From positions 870,001 through 902,000 of the forward strand of contig OZ246396.1 in NCBI GenBank assembly GCA_965230905.1: a stretch of 32,000 nt of DNA. The letters run 5' to 3'. Source of the stretch: Candidatus Saccharimonadota bacterium. Its GTDB lineage: Bacteria; Patescibacteriota; Gracilibacteria; UBA1369; 2-02-FULL-48-14. Below, piece after piece: positions 22,160-31,084 of the stretch. How positions within the stretch are numbered: position 1 is the stretch's first letter; every line of letters begins with the position of its first letter. The position numbers and the translations under genes were made by a program. Under the pieces are notes generated by a model. That model saw only the letters and a list, made by a program, of their open reading frames with translations, did not search any database and had not been told where the DNA came from.

Positions 22160-24370
22160 CTAAAAAGCTTCTCGAACCCTTTCCATCTCATATTCAGTCA
22201 ATAAGTTACCTCCTGCTATTAGCGTCTTTACCCTGTGGACTGCCTCCTCTTCTGAGAGTTCAGGACTGATCTTCTTTGAGATTTTTTTAATAGCAGATTT
22301 TGGGACGCCATACTCGCTGAGAACACCTAAATTTGATTGCACAAAATCATTCTCAATTTGCGTGGCATAAAAGCTATAATCACCTGGAGTTAAACCCACT
22401 TTAAGCGCAGCATGCTTTTGCAATTGATTAATTGTGAGCAGCCACTTTGGAATTTTATACTGAAACCAATGTCTCATTATGTGGAAGGTTTTCTGAACTG
22501 CTTCGTCTATAAGTACACGATCTGATTTTTCCTTAAACCTCTCGCTTTCCCTTAAGAATTTATAAGCTTCATTGACTAAACGTTTGATATCTTGATGTTT
22601 AGCATAGTTAAATGTCAGATAAACTATCTGATCCAAAGTTACCTCTGTTGTTTCTTCTTTGGTTTTCAGGTGCTTCCATGCCAGAGATATTAGCTCTTTC
22701 AGCTGTTCATATTTGGGCATTCCCGACCAAAGTATTAAACTCTTTTTTTCTTTCAACAATAAGGTAACTTCTTCAAGAACCTTTACTTGTCCATCTACAG
22801 AGAGTCCGTTCTTTTTGATTATCTCCTTTTCTTCAACGGACATGGCGTTTATTTTTTGATATTGTTCTGTATTTGGATTTTTAACCTCCTCTTGTTCTAA
22901 GTGAATAAGGATTTCATCAGATATTTTTTCTTGTTCAAAGAAAGGTATTTCAATAATAACTTCACTTTTAACGGGTGGCGGATTGAAGTTATATATTTTA
23001 CCTAAGTAGTGGACCATTAGGCGCCCTGATCTGCCTTTAATATTTGCGTAGTCAAAATAGTCGATCTTTGTGCTTCTACCTTTCGTGTCGTCAAAAAAAA
23101 CGACATTTTTCGCGCTGGTATTTACACCTTCAATGATCGTAGAGGTACAAAAAAGAATGTTGAGTTCCTTTTTATTGAAGTACTCAATCATTGCAGAATT
23201 AACGTGCTTTGGTAGTGCTCCATCGTGGATACCAATCTTGGCATTTAAACATCTAATTAATCCCCAATCTTCATGTACGTTTGTTTTTATCCATTCAATA
23301 ATTGGCAGCTTAGTGTTAACTGACGCAATTTCTTTTTTGACTAGGAACTCATAAAATTCAAAAGATAGAACTCGAGCACTGCGTGGTGAAGAACAATATA
23401 CTATAGTTTGTTCGGTAGTTTTTTTTGAAAGCAAATCGAATAATACATTTTTCTTTGTAATTAGTTTTTCCCCTTTTTTTCCAAATTTATTTTTGAAATT
23501 ACTGTAAACGTCAACAGCCTTATTCTCAACCAAGGAATAATCCGTTTTCATGAAAGTAGCATTATACTTTTCAGTAAAACCTTCGGATATACCATCTATA
23601 TTTGGTCCTAAGAGGTAAAATTGTGGATTATCTTTCAATAATAGATGGAAAGCATTATTCAAGACATTGCATCTTTCATCTTCTCTCTTTGCGCTCAATT
23701 TATAAAATTCGTCTAATATTAAGAAATCTATTTTAGGAAGATCTGGATATTCCATCACACGTTCAGCGGTCAATAAGAAAAGATTTTTCTTTGTGTCCGA
23801 TGGCGTCTGAGAAGTTCTAACAATGATTTTATAAGAATCATTGTATTTTTTCATTTTCCTTCGTGTTTCTTCAAGAAGAGCTAGTGTAGGTTGAATTACA
23901 ACGATATTTTTAAACTTATTACTGGCTACAATCTCTTCGATTAATAAGCTTTTCCCGAAACTAGTGGGTGCACTAACAATTATATTTCTACCAGCCTTGA
24001 TTAGATCAGATATAACTTTCTGTTCTTCGTGTAAGTATGTTTTAGGAAGAACCTCTGAGTCGTGGGCCTCTTTTCTTAGTTGCTGTGGAAGTGAGGTAAG
24101 TAGATTGGCAAAATCATGGTTTTTAGCTATATAAGGATAGAATCCAGCAGATTCGAGTATGTCTACAAATACTGGGTGATGTGTCTCTGGCATTTTTTTC
24201 CAGTTATCGTCATTTAGTAGATTAATTACTAATTTACGGCCTAATGGTTCACTCTTTTCGCTACGAAAATAATCAGAACAAAGCTGAAGGATCTCAAAAG
24301 AGCGTGTAGCACTTATTACCTCTACAGTATCGATTTCTCTTAGAATCTCACTGAGAAGATTGTTAGGCAT
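22160..24370 (-). CDS. hamB: Hachiman HamB: SF2 DEAD/DEAH-box-type helicase
   Basis: 736 aa. Motifs: Walker A SAPTSFGKSL, DExx box LILDEFYKL, motif V TSTIIEGVN and motif VI KGRSGRL. An 8-nt overlap links it to the upstream DUF1837 gene. Confidence 0.8.
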   Translation of the reverse strand: MPNNLLSEILREIDTVEVISATRSFEILQLCSDYFRSEKSEPLGRKLVINLLNDDNWKKMPETHHPVFVDILESAGFYPYIAKNHDFANLLTSLPQQLRKEAHDSEVLPKTYLHEEQKVISDLIKAGRNIIVSAPTSFGKSLLIEEIVASNKFKNIVVIQPTLALLEETRRKMKKYNDSYKIIVRTSQTPSDTKKNLFLLTAERVMEYPDLPKIDFLILDEFYKLSAKREDERCNVLNNAFHLLLKDNPQFYLLGPNIDGISEGFTEKYNATFMKTDYSLVENKAVDVYSNFKNKFGKKGEKLITKKNVLFDLLSKKTTEQTIVYCSSPRSARVLSFEFYEFLVKKEIASVNTKLPIIEWIKTNVHEDWGLIRCLNAKIGIHDGALPKHVNSAMIEYFNKKELNILFCTSTIIEGVNTSAKNVVFFDDTKGRSTKIDYFDYANIKGRSGRLMVHYLGKIYNFNPPPVKSEVIIEIPFFEQEKISDEILIHLEQEEVKNPNTEQYQKINAMSVEEKEIIKKNGLSVDGQVKVLEEVTLLLKEKKSLILWSGMPKYEQLKELISLAWKHLKTKEETTEVTLDQIVYLTFNYAKHQDIKRLVNEAYKFLRESERFKEKSDRVLIDEAVQKTFHIMRHWFQYKIPKWLLTINQLQKHAALKVGLTPGDYSFYATQIENDFVQSNLGVLSEYGVPKSAIKKISKKISPELSEEEAVHRVKTLIAGGNLLTEYEMERVREAF

Positions 24371-25415
24371 TTTGTTGGTGATTTAACTTTATGTGCAATC
24401 TCTTTACGAGTTCTTTCTTACTGGGAACTGGGAAGAGCATTAAGAGAATGTTGAGGTTTGTTTTTACACGAGCATTAACATCACCTTCTCCACGAATTGA
24501 CTGCAATTTTTCATCAAATATTTCTTTCAGTTTTCTTATTTCTTCTTCATATTCTTTTTTAAATGCCTCTGCACCTTCATCGTTATGTTTGTTGAAAACC
24601 TCAGAGGTGTAAGTGCAAAGCACAGGAACGGTTATACACTTTAAGACTTCTTCCATTTTTACTTTACCTGATTGAATATCTCCTAACTTAACGAGCCAAT
24701 CATCTTTTTCCTTTAGAAAAGACTGATACGCTTCTTTTTTGTCCGGGTTAATTATATCTTCTGGTAGTGAAAAGGAGGATTTTCTCTTACTGATTAGAAC
24801 AAATTCTCTTTCGAGGAAATCTAAGTTAAAATGAGATTTAATATCTTCGATTAATGCTTTAACACCTTTTGCCCCATCGTTATAAAGCTTTGATTCTCCT
24901 AGATAGAGAGACTGCCGTCCAGGTTCTCCGATGCATGGCCCAATATGGACTGAATCAAAACCATGAACTGTTACTCCGTCTGCATCCTTAAAATATATTT
25001 TCGAAATAAGGGGAATTGTTTTCAGAAAGTCTCTTGAGAGTATGTGTAAGATTAATTCTCCAAACTCGCCCCTCTTTAAATATTTTTCTTCCACATCATC
25101 ATCGTAATCTAGATCATTATCTACATAATGTTTCTTTGCCTCATTGAAAATTTCTAACTCACCTGCTGTTGTGTTGGTTTTAATTTTATAAATTGATTTA
25201 GCTGCTTCAACCAAAATCCTCTTGTTGTAACTTTCAGTAAGAATTCCTTCGTGGTAACCAAAGGCAAAGTCTACAATTCCATCTAAAAAAATATCGACCG
25301 TTTTGTCGTACCGAAATTCACCAAGATCAAATCCTACTACATAGGCTCTAAGGTCAGCCTCCGAAATGTGTTCGTTTACGATGGCGTCGGATTTGAATGT
25401 TAAAACAGTCGTCAT
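24363..25415 (-). CDS. hamA: Hachiman HamA: DUF1837 protein with PD-(D/E)xK-type nuclease motif
   Basis: 350 aa. The core HGFDSVHI...SLYLGESKLY fits the D...ExK signature of DUF1837. Position immediately upstream of, and overlapping, a helicase gene is the canonical Hachiman layout. Confidence 0.7.
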   Translation of the reverse strand: MTTVLTFKSDAIVNEHISEADLRAYVVGFDLGEFRYDKTVDIFLDGIVDFAFGYHEGILTESYNKRILVEAAKSIYKIKTNTTAGELEIFNEAKKHYVDNDLDYDDDVEEKYLKRGEFGELILHILSRDFLKTIPLISKIYFKDADGVTVHGFDSVHIGPCIGEPGRQSLYLGESKLYNDGAKGVKALIEDIKSHFNLDFLEREFVLISKRKSSFSLPEDIINPDKKEAYQSFLKEKDDWLVKLGDIQSGKVKMEEVLKCITVPVLCTYTSEVFNKHNDEGAEAFKKEYEEEIRKLKEIFDEKLQSIRGEGDVNARVKTNLNILLMLFPVPSKKELVKRLHIKLNHQQNA

Positions 25416-25546
25416 TCTTTCGTATTTTGGAATTTGTTGTAGATTACATCATTTGTTATGCAATGACACTTAATTTCAGATTAGCTTCACTTTTACAGGT
25501 TATCTGCTACACTTCTCCTGTCGCTCTACAACACATTTTTTTGTTT

Positions 25547-25665
25547 CTCCCGCGAGGCTTGTTGCTCGTCAAACCCAGATATTGGGGTAATGACGGGTCA
25601 CTAGCCAATATCGGCTACTCCTCGCGGAGCAAGTGTTGTTGGGCGACCTAGTGGCCCCTTTTTGC
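25547..25665. other. structured GC-rich intergenic element: an 8-bp closing stem encloses two hairpins, followed by a short stem and T-runs
   Basis: CCCGCGAGG (25549-25557) pairs with CCTCGCGG (25620-25627). Inner hairpins are CCCA-gatat-TGGG and TAGCC-aatatc-GGCTA. GGGC-N9-GCCC is then followed by CTTTTTGCTTTTT, 14 nt before the ATG at 25684. Confidence 0.4.
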
Positions 25666-25683
25666 TTTTTAACCCCAAATAGC

Positions 25684-26166
25684 ATGGCTGCAACGAAACT
25701 TAAGAAAGGACTCCTGGGATGCGGAGGTCTTTTTGTACTTTTTATCCTCCTAGGCCTCACTGGAGCCTTGGATCCTGACCCGACCACTGAAGTAGTCCAA
25801 GAGGATTCTAACAATATCCCTTATGAGGACGTATCAAGCACAGATGCTGGATTTGATCGTCAAATTCTCATCGATCCTCGATATGTAAACGAGGCGGACA
25901 TGCTTGCCCTTGGCAAACAGCTCACTAAGGAGAACGAAGCAGAAGGCTACGTTTTCATCTCAATTTACTCCGATCAACGAGCTGTTGATGTTCGTGATAA
26001 AGCTATACTTATGACTGCTACGGCAGAAGAGGATGCGATTTACGATAAGTACTACGTCGGACAATATAACAAGAACACGAGCAATAATTTCGAGGTTTAC
26101 AACGTTCATGTAGATGGACTCACTGGTGAAAGTAACGTCACTTATGAACCTGCAGACTTAAGATAG
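25684..26166 (+). CDS. membrane-anchored extracytoplasmic protein, unknown function
   Basis: About 160 aa from the ATG at 25684 (MAATKLKKGLLGCGGLFVLFILLGL...). The track ORF starts at an upstream GTG inside the structured element. I recognise no domain. Confidence 0.55.
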   Translation: MAATKLKKGLLGCGGLFVLFILLGLTGALDPDPTTEVVQEDSNNIPYEDVSSTDAGFDRQILIDPRYVNEADMLALGKQLTKENEAEGYVFISIYSDQRAVDVRDKAILMTATAEEDAIYDKYYVGQYNKNTSNNFEVYNVHVDGLTGESNVTYEPADLR

Positions 26167-27735
26167 TTAGAATTTTTTCTCCCAAATATTTCCAACGATA
26201 GTCTCACCCTTTCCCAAGGAAAGTGTATGTAGATCGTCCCCTCGTGAATAAGGGAAAACATGACTGACCTCTGCGATCATTGATGTTAATGCATCCGCAA
26301 GGTCATCGTGTTTTTCCGTACCGAAGTCTAGAACCTGCTCAATGAGCTGTTCGGCACCTGTTTTAGGAAATAAGACTCTTCCTTGTTCGAAATGTAGGGT
26401 GCTGTTCACAAGACGGTCGTGTTTGCTCAGGCCTGAGACTTTCATCGGAGAAACAAACATCCCCTCGCTCGTCATCAATTGAATTAAGTAATTCTGCGCT
26501 GCTACGTCCTCCACAACAAATCTAACGGTTTGCCTTGGGAACATTTCTTTAAAACGGTTTGCTCTCTCTATAATATTTTGCAGGCTTAATCTTTCGTTAA
26601 CAATCAGTGGCAGGATAAAAATCCTCATCTTTTCGCCATATCCGAATACATGACAAGCTACCATTGCAGTGCAGTCGGCTGTGTCGGCCTGGGAGATTGC
26701 TGGATCTATTCCTACGATAGTCCCTCTATACGGGAATGACTCCTTTTCTGGTTTTTTTGGCCATGTTAGAACTTTAATCTGTCGTCCCACGTAAAACTCG
26801 GGTTCTTCTTTATCTCCATGTATTTCCGGCATCGTTTCGTAGAAAGAGATCCATTCCTTTTTGATTACCTGATCTTTTTTATCCACTAGCCGCAGCAAGT
26901 ATTCGCGTAGGAATACCTCCTCTCTTCCAATTGTTTTCCTTAAATCTTCAATATCCTTGGCGGTCTTGAACTTTTCCGGCCAGAGACATGCGCCCTTGTC
27001 GTCGAGAAGTGGATATTGCCTATAGACCCCATCCATCTCATTGGCCTCGATGCGGACTTTTAACCTCATCAGCAATGAATCTCGATGCAGTTGATTCCCA
27101 ACAATCACGATGCGAGTCCCCACATCTCCAATGGGCAAGATTTCGCTTGCAAACCAATCATCGATTTTGTTTCTACCATCACGGGTTTTCACGCTTGGAG
27201 TGCTCTCGATATCATCTGCAATGATGAGGTCGGGGCGATGCTCTTTGTTTCTCATCCCACGTACGGATTGTTCCGAAGAAGCCACCGTAATGCGTGCGCC
27301 ATATTTGGGGATGACGAGCGTAGTTGCATTCCACTGCTCTTCCACCTCCTGGAATGGGCCGAGATCTGCTCTAAGTAGTTCATTCTCTTCCAGAACAGCT
27401 TTTAGGTTTTTCAAGTGGGTACGAGCTTGCTCCTGCGTTTCTGAAAGGATAAGAATGAACTTCTTTTTCTGCTTTCCTAGAATTGACCAGATGGCCAGTG
27501 AGGTGTTGAGGATGGTTGACTTGCCGGATCCTCGGAAGGACATGACTACGAGCATACGCACTCTTTCATCCTCACTCAGCTGGAACATCTCATGATGAAA
27601 TGCTGCGAATCCATGAGTGATGTATGAAGGGAAATAAACCGAGAAAAATATTTTGTGACTGTCTCTGGTAAGGGCACGCCGTGCATTTTGGTTTTTAACC
27701 AAGGATTTAATGGTTTGTGGTGACAAATTGTTCAT
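26167..27735 (-). CDS. terL: phage terminase large subunit (TerL)-like ATPase/nuclease
   Basis: 522 aa. Walker A FRGSGKSTIL, Walker B PDLIIADDIES, a C-terminal RNaseH-like nuclease region (IVGIDPA...) and HDDLADALTSMI. Confidence 0.8.
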   Translation of the reverse strand: MNNLSPQTIKSLVKNQNARRALTRDSHKIFFSVYFPSYITHGFAAFHHEMFQLSEDERVRMLVVMSFRGSGKSTILNTSLAIWSILGKQKKKFILILSETQEQARTHLKNLKAVLEENELLRADLGPFQEVEEQWNATTLVIPKYGARITVASSEQSVRGMRNKEHRPDLIIADDIESTPSVKTRDGRNKIDDWFASEILPIGDVGTRIVIVGNQLHRDSLLMRLKVRIEANEMDGVYRQYPLLDDKGACLWPEKFKTAKDIEDLRKTIGREEVFLREYLLRLVDKKDQVIKKEWISFYETMPEIHGDKEEPEFYVGRQIKVLTWPKKPEKESFPYRGTIVGIDPAISQADTADCTAMVACHVFGYGEKMRIFILPLIVNERLSLQNIIERANRFKEMFPRQTVRFVVEDVAAQNYLIQLMTSEGMFVSPMKVSGLSKHDRLVNSTLHFEQGRVLFPKTGAEQLIEQVLDFGTEKHDDLADALTSMIAEVSHVFPYSRGDDLHTLSLGKGETIVGNIWEKKF

Positions 27736-27746
27736 ATGAATAGTTG

Positions 27747-28160
27747 TTATTTATTAAGTTCTTCTTGATCTAAGGAGGCGAATTTGAGGGCTTTTTCTAT
27801 AGCCTCTTCTTGCTCAGGTGTGAGCTTCTTGCCGATGGTTTCTAGTTTCCCTGAGAGTTCCACCCGCGTTCTATAGTCTGGATGTTGGTTCTTGAGCCAA
27901 TAAATGATGGCGGTCATATTGCCGTCCCTTATGGCCTTAATGAGCTGCGACTCTGCGAGATCACTTATAAGACTCTTACCAGTGCACATAGCTTCATCGG
28001 CAGCATCAGCGAACTCGGGATCATCTTTCCTCCAGCGGTAGTAACTCGCGCGTCCAATGCCTTCTTTTTCGCAAGCGATTTGAACGATTGGTGTCTTTTT
28101 AAGCTGTTCCACCAGCCGCGCCTTACCTTCCTGGGTTTTTAGGGTAATCGCGTCTGTCAT
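27747..28160 (-). CDS. terminase small subunit-like HTH protein
   Basis: IACEKEGIGRASYYRWRKDDPEFADAADEA...NMTAIIYWLKNQHPDY is a pattern I associate with phage TerS/HTH proteins located directly upstream of terL. The start at 28160 forms an ATGA overlap with the upstream methylase stop. The track's longer N-terminus overlaps that gene. Confidence 0.6.
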   Translation of the reverse strand: MTDAITLKTQEGKARLVEQLKKTPIVQIACEKEGIGRASYYRWRKDDPEFADAADEAMCTGKSLISDLAESQLIKAIRDGNMTAIIYWLKNQHPDYRTRVELSGKLETIGKKLTPEQEEAIEKALKFASLDQEELNK

Positions 28161-28924
28161 TGCGTAAGTGTTATTTTTACGGCTTTGACGCCAGTGAGAT
28201 TTTCGAAGCGATCTATAATGGCCTGGCAGTACTTGGGCATCAGCTCCACGGTTATGCACTTTCGCTTCGTTTGTTCGCAAGCAATGAGTGTGGATCCCGA
28301 TCCACCGAAGGGGTCATAGACGATGTCACCAATATTCGTACTGTTGAGCACTAAGCGGCGTATAAGGCTCACTGGCTTCATCGTTGGGTGGATCGTATTT
28401 TTCTTCGGCTTCGGAGCAATGAGTACGCTTTTATCTTTATCGCGTATTGATGGGTGCGTTCCGTGCCAGCCGTAGGCAATGAGTTCGTGTTGAGGACAGT
28501 AGTCCAGTCGTCCGATGGTAGCTCCGGTCTTTACCCAGATGAGGAGCTGAGAGAATTTGAATCCTTGTGCGCGGAGTCCATCTTCTAGGCTGAAGAGCAT
28601 TCGATCGCTGTTGAATATGTAGTAGGAGTTCTTGGGGCTTAAAGAAGGTATTACGACGCTGAGCCAAGACTCTGTGAACTTTTGATAGTCCTCATCGGAT
28701 TGGAGCTGATCGTTAGCGATTTTGTCATGTTTACCACTAGGTGCCACGTACGAAACCCCATAGGGCGGGTCAGTGAGAATGAGCTTTATTTGATGACCGC
28801 TTAAAAGCGTTGCAACTGTCACTTCATCGGTGGAGTCTCCGCATAAAAGGAAGTGATCACCCAAACGGAAAAGATCGCCGGATTTAATTGAGTTTTGTGG
28901 CTTTTTGGCCTGTAAGGTTTTCAT
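28157..28924 (-). CDS. DNA methyltransferase (N6-adenine/N4-cytosine, beta class)
   Basis: 255 aa. Catalytic motif IV is LILTDPPYGV. SAM motif I is DPFGGSGSTLIACE near the C-terminus, giving the order IV then I. Confidence 0.85.
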   Translation of the reverse strand: MKTLQAKKPQNSIKSGDLFRLGDHFLLCGDSTDEVTVATLLSGHQIKLILTDPPYGVSYVAPSGKHDKIANDQLQSDEDYQKFTESWLSVVIPSLSPKNSYYIFNSDRMLFSLEDGLRAQGFKFSQLLIWVKTGATIGRLDYCPQHELIAYGWHGTHPSIRDKDKSVLIAPKPKKNTIHPTMKPVSLIRRLVLNSTNIGDIVYDPFGGSGSTLIACEQTKRKCITVELMPKYCQAIIDRFENLTGVKAVKITLTQ

Positions 28925-30155
28925 AACGATTTATAATTAATTGGCAAAATAAAGGGTCGAGTTCTACGAGGTAGCAGGTACGTTTGAGTTGTTCTGCGGC
29001 GATGAGGACACTCCCACTACCGCCAAAGAGTTCTAGAAGGATGTCTCCAGGCTTTGTACAACGACGTATTGCCCGTTCGTAGAGAGAGGGCGGCTTTTGA
29101 GTTGGATGCTCGTAATCCGTCGCTGGGAGGCGTTTTTCGAGCCAAATGTTGAAGAGATCGAGTACGTCACCGTGAAGCCTGTTTCCCGTTCCTAGTTCCT
29201 TGTTCATGACCTCAGTGAAGCTAGTGTGGTAGGTGGAAAGGAATGGTTCGCCTCGTGTACCGTAAATGCACGGCTCATAGACCTTCGAGAATGCAACCTG
29301 CGGTGTACTCATCTGCGAGTTCTTGAGCCAGAGACAGACACGCTTATTTCGGATGGCTAGCTCTTCGTAAATTTGCTGAACGCAGCCTATATTCCTTTCG
29401 TCATTCCATGTGAAGAAATGGGTGTCAGGCTTTACAAAAGCGACTGCATTTTTTATGCAGGTTTTTAGAAAATCCTTGTATGCCTCTGGCGATTTATCAT
29501 CTTTCACTTTTGTTCCACCGTACTTTCTCTTCGTGCCGATACCGTTCGAGTAGTCTAGTCCAATGTTGTAGGGAGGATCCAGCGTTACGAAACTCACTTT
29601 TGTATCATTGATCATAGCTTTTAAAGTCTCTGTCTTAGTAGAGTCTCCACAAATTAGACGGTGTTTCCCCAGAGCATATATGTCACCTTCTTTCACGGAA
29701 GGTTTCTTAATTTCTTTTAACTTTTCTTCGACATCGAAATTGTCATCTTCGACTTCAAGAGAGTCATCCCAAATTTCCTGCAGATCGAAATCATCGAAAC
29801 CAACATCCAAGAGCAGGTCTATGTCGAACTCTTTTAAAAGCTCCATATCCCATTCTCCCGTATTTTGGTTGAGGCGCAGATTTAATTCTTTCTCTTTGAT
29901 CTCATCAGGAATATTCACATAAAGCACAGGTATTTTTTCGAAATCCAATGCTTTGGCAGCCTTCATTCTCTGATGGCCACCAATTACAATATTTCTTCTA
30001 TTCGGCGCGGAGTTAACAATGATTGGGCCGAGGAGTCCAAAACGTCTTATGCTCTCTTTAATTTGTTCGAAGGCATCTGCTGAAATCTTACGTGGATTAT
30101 ACTGTGCTACATTCAGCTCGGTGATAGAGACGGAAACGACTTTTAAGGCGGACAT
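28884..30155 (-). CDS. ParB-like nuclease domain fused to a DNA methyltransferase (N6/N4, beta class)
   Basis: 423 aa. N-terminal ParB/Srx-like region: NPRKISADAFEQIKESIRRFGLLGPIIVN...IGGHQRMKAA. Then VTLDPPYNIG and ELFGGSGSVLIAAE. Confidence 0.85.
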   Translation of the reverse strand: MSALKVVSVSITELNVAQYNPRKISADAFEQIKESIRRFGLLGPIIVNSAPNRRNIVIGGHQRMKAAKALDFEKIPVLYVNIPDEIKEKELNLRLNQNTGEWDMELLKEFDIDLLLDVGFDDFDLQEIWDDSLEVEDDNFDVEEKLKEIKKPSVKEGDIYALGKHRLICGDSTKTETLKAMINDTKVSFVTLDPPYNIGLDYSNGIGTKRKYGGTKVKDDKSPEAYKDFLKTCIKNAVAFVKPDTHFFTWNDERNIGCVQQIYEELAIRNKRVCLWLKNSQMSTPQVAFSKVYEPCIYGTRGEPFLSTYHTSFTEVMNKELGTGNRLHGDVLDLFNIWLEKRLPATDYEHPTQKPPSLYERAIRRCTKPGDILLELFGGSGSVLIAAEQLKRTCYLVELDPLFCQLIINRYENLTGQKATKLN

Positions 30156-30241
30156 AGGATAGGGTTAAAGTGCTTCAACCCTACGTAAATTAGACTAATT
30201 AATTCGATTAATTATTTAATATTATTTGTATTAATTCTCAC

Positions 30242-31072
30242 TTATTCTCTTATAAGAAAGATGCCATCGACTATGATTTTATTGTTCGGTTTTCTCACTA
30301 TGAAGCTTTCCTCGATTCGCTTCTCTACTTGCGGCATTTTTTCTAAGTGCTTTTTTAGATCTGACTTAAAATTACGGATTCCAATCTCGATATCGTCGGC
30401 GCTATATCCCTCTAAAACATTGATAGGGATACCTTCCTTAATCTCTGCCCATTTTTGCAGAAGAACGAAGGGAAACTTCGATTTAGTCATTTTCTTCAAT
30501 AGTTTACCCCTGTATAAAAGTTCTCCTTTTTCAAGGTCGACAAGGATATAACTTCCATCATCTGATGCTAACGGTCGAGGTACTTCATAATCAAGATTTT
30601 CAGTCTTTACTAGACTGAGCAGATGAAAGATAACTGTATTTACCTCTTTTACTTTTCTTTTTGCCTCAAATGCAGCCGTATTTAAACTTTCATGACCACC
30701 AATCGCCATCTCATATTTACCTTCCTGTACGAAAATGAACTTTTTAATAGGACGATACCTTTTGTTTTGCTTGGGGTCGGTAGATTCCATGAAACGTTCT
30801 AGCCAGTACCATGCTGGAGTTTTCAATTTAATTTTGTGCTCGAGCTTAATCCCACGTGCTAGAGGCGTCACGCAGAGGCTTGTAAGCAGATTGAAATAAT
30901 CTCGCACCAGATGGTGGAATTCAGACACTTCACTCAACTCCAGACTTAGATCTTCAGGGAAACTGAAGCTTAAAACAAGCTGACACTTGTCATCCATGAT
31001 CTTGAGAAAAGTACTTTTGGATACCGAAGTCATGTGCCTTTCAATATAAATGTTGTATTTTGATACTAACAT
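30242..31072 (-). CDS. hypothetical protein with a possible C-terminal OmpR/CadC-like winged-helix region
   Basis: 276 aa (alternative start MTSVSK at 31033). The C-terminal segment ILVDLEKGELLYRGKLLKKMTKSKFPFVLLQKWAEIKEGIPINVLEG...IRNFKSDLKKHL loosely follows the trans_reg_C pattern. I do not recognise the N-terminal ~160 aa. Confidence 0.4.
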   Translation of the reverse strand: MLVSKYNIYIERHMTSVSKSTFLKIMDDKCQLVLSFSFPEDLSLELSEVSEFHHLVRDYFNLLTSLCVTPLARGIKLEHKIKLKTPAWYWLERFMESTDPKQNKRYRPIKKFIFVQEGKYEMAIGGHESLNTAAFEAKRKVKEVNTVIFHLLSLVKTENLDYEVPRPLASDDGSYILVDLEKGELLYRGKLLKKMTKSKFPFVLLQKWAEIKEGIPINVLEGYSADDIEIGIRNFKSDLKKHLEKMPQVEKRIEESFIVRKPNNKIIVDGIFLIRE

Positions 31073-31084
31073 GAATCCAAGTCT

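Noticed and set aside
26167-27735. The idea that the TerL-like ATPase is itself a defence-system ATPase
   Set aside because: It has the full terminase layout (Walker A/B plus a C-terminal RNaseH-like nuclease) and an upstream TerS-like gene. I know of no defence family with this pairing, so a phage or satellite origin is the simpler reading.
27747-28280. Long 177-aa version of the TerS-like ORF
   Set aside because: The first 40 codons overlap the methylase gene in another frame and are Arg/His-rich noise. The ATG at 28160 forms an ATGA stop-start overlap typical of coupled genes.
28157-30155. Restriction-modification system
   Set aside because: There are two methylases, but no ORF in the window has a recognisable endonuclease motif next to them. 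ParB-fused and tandem orphan methylases are typical phage anti-restriction cargo.
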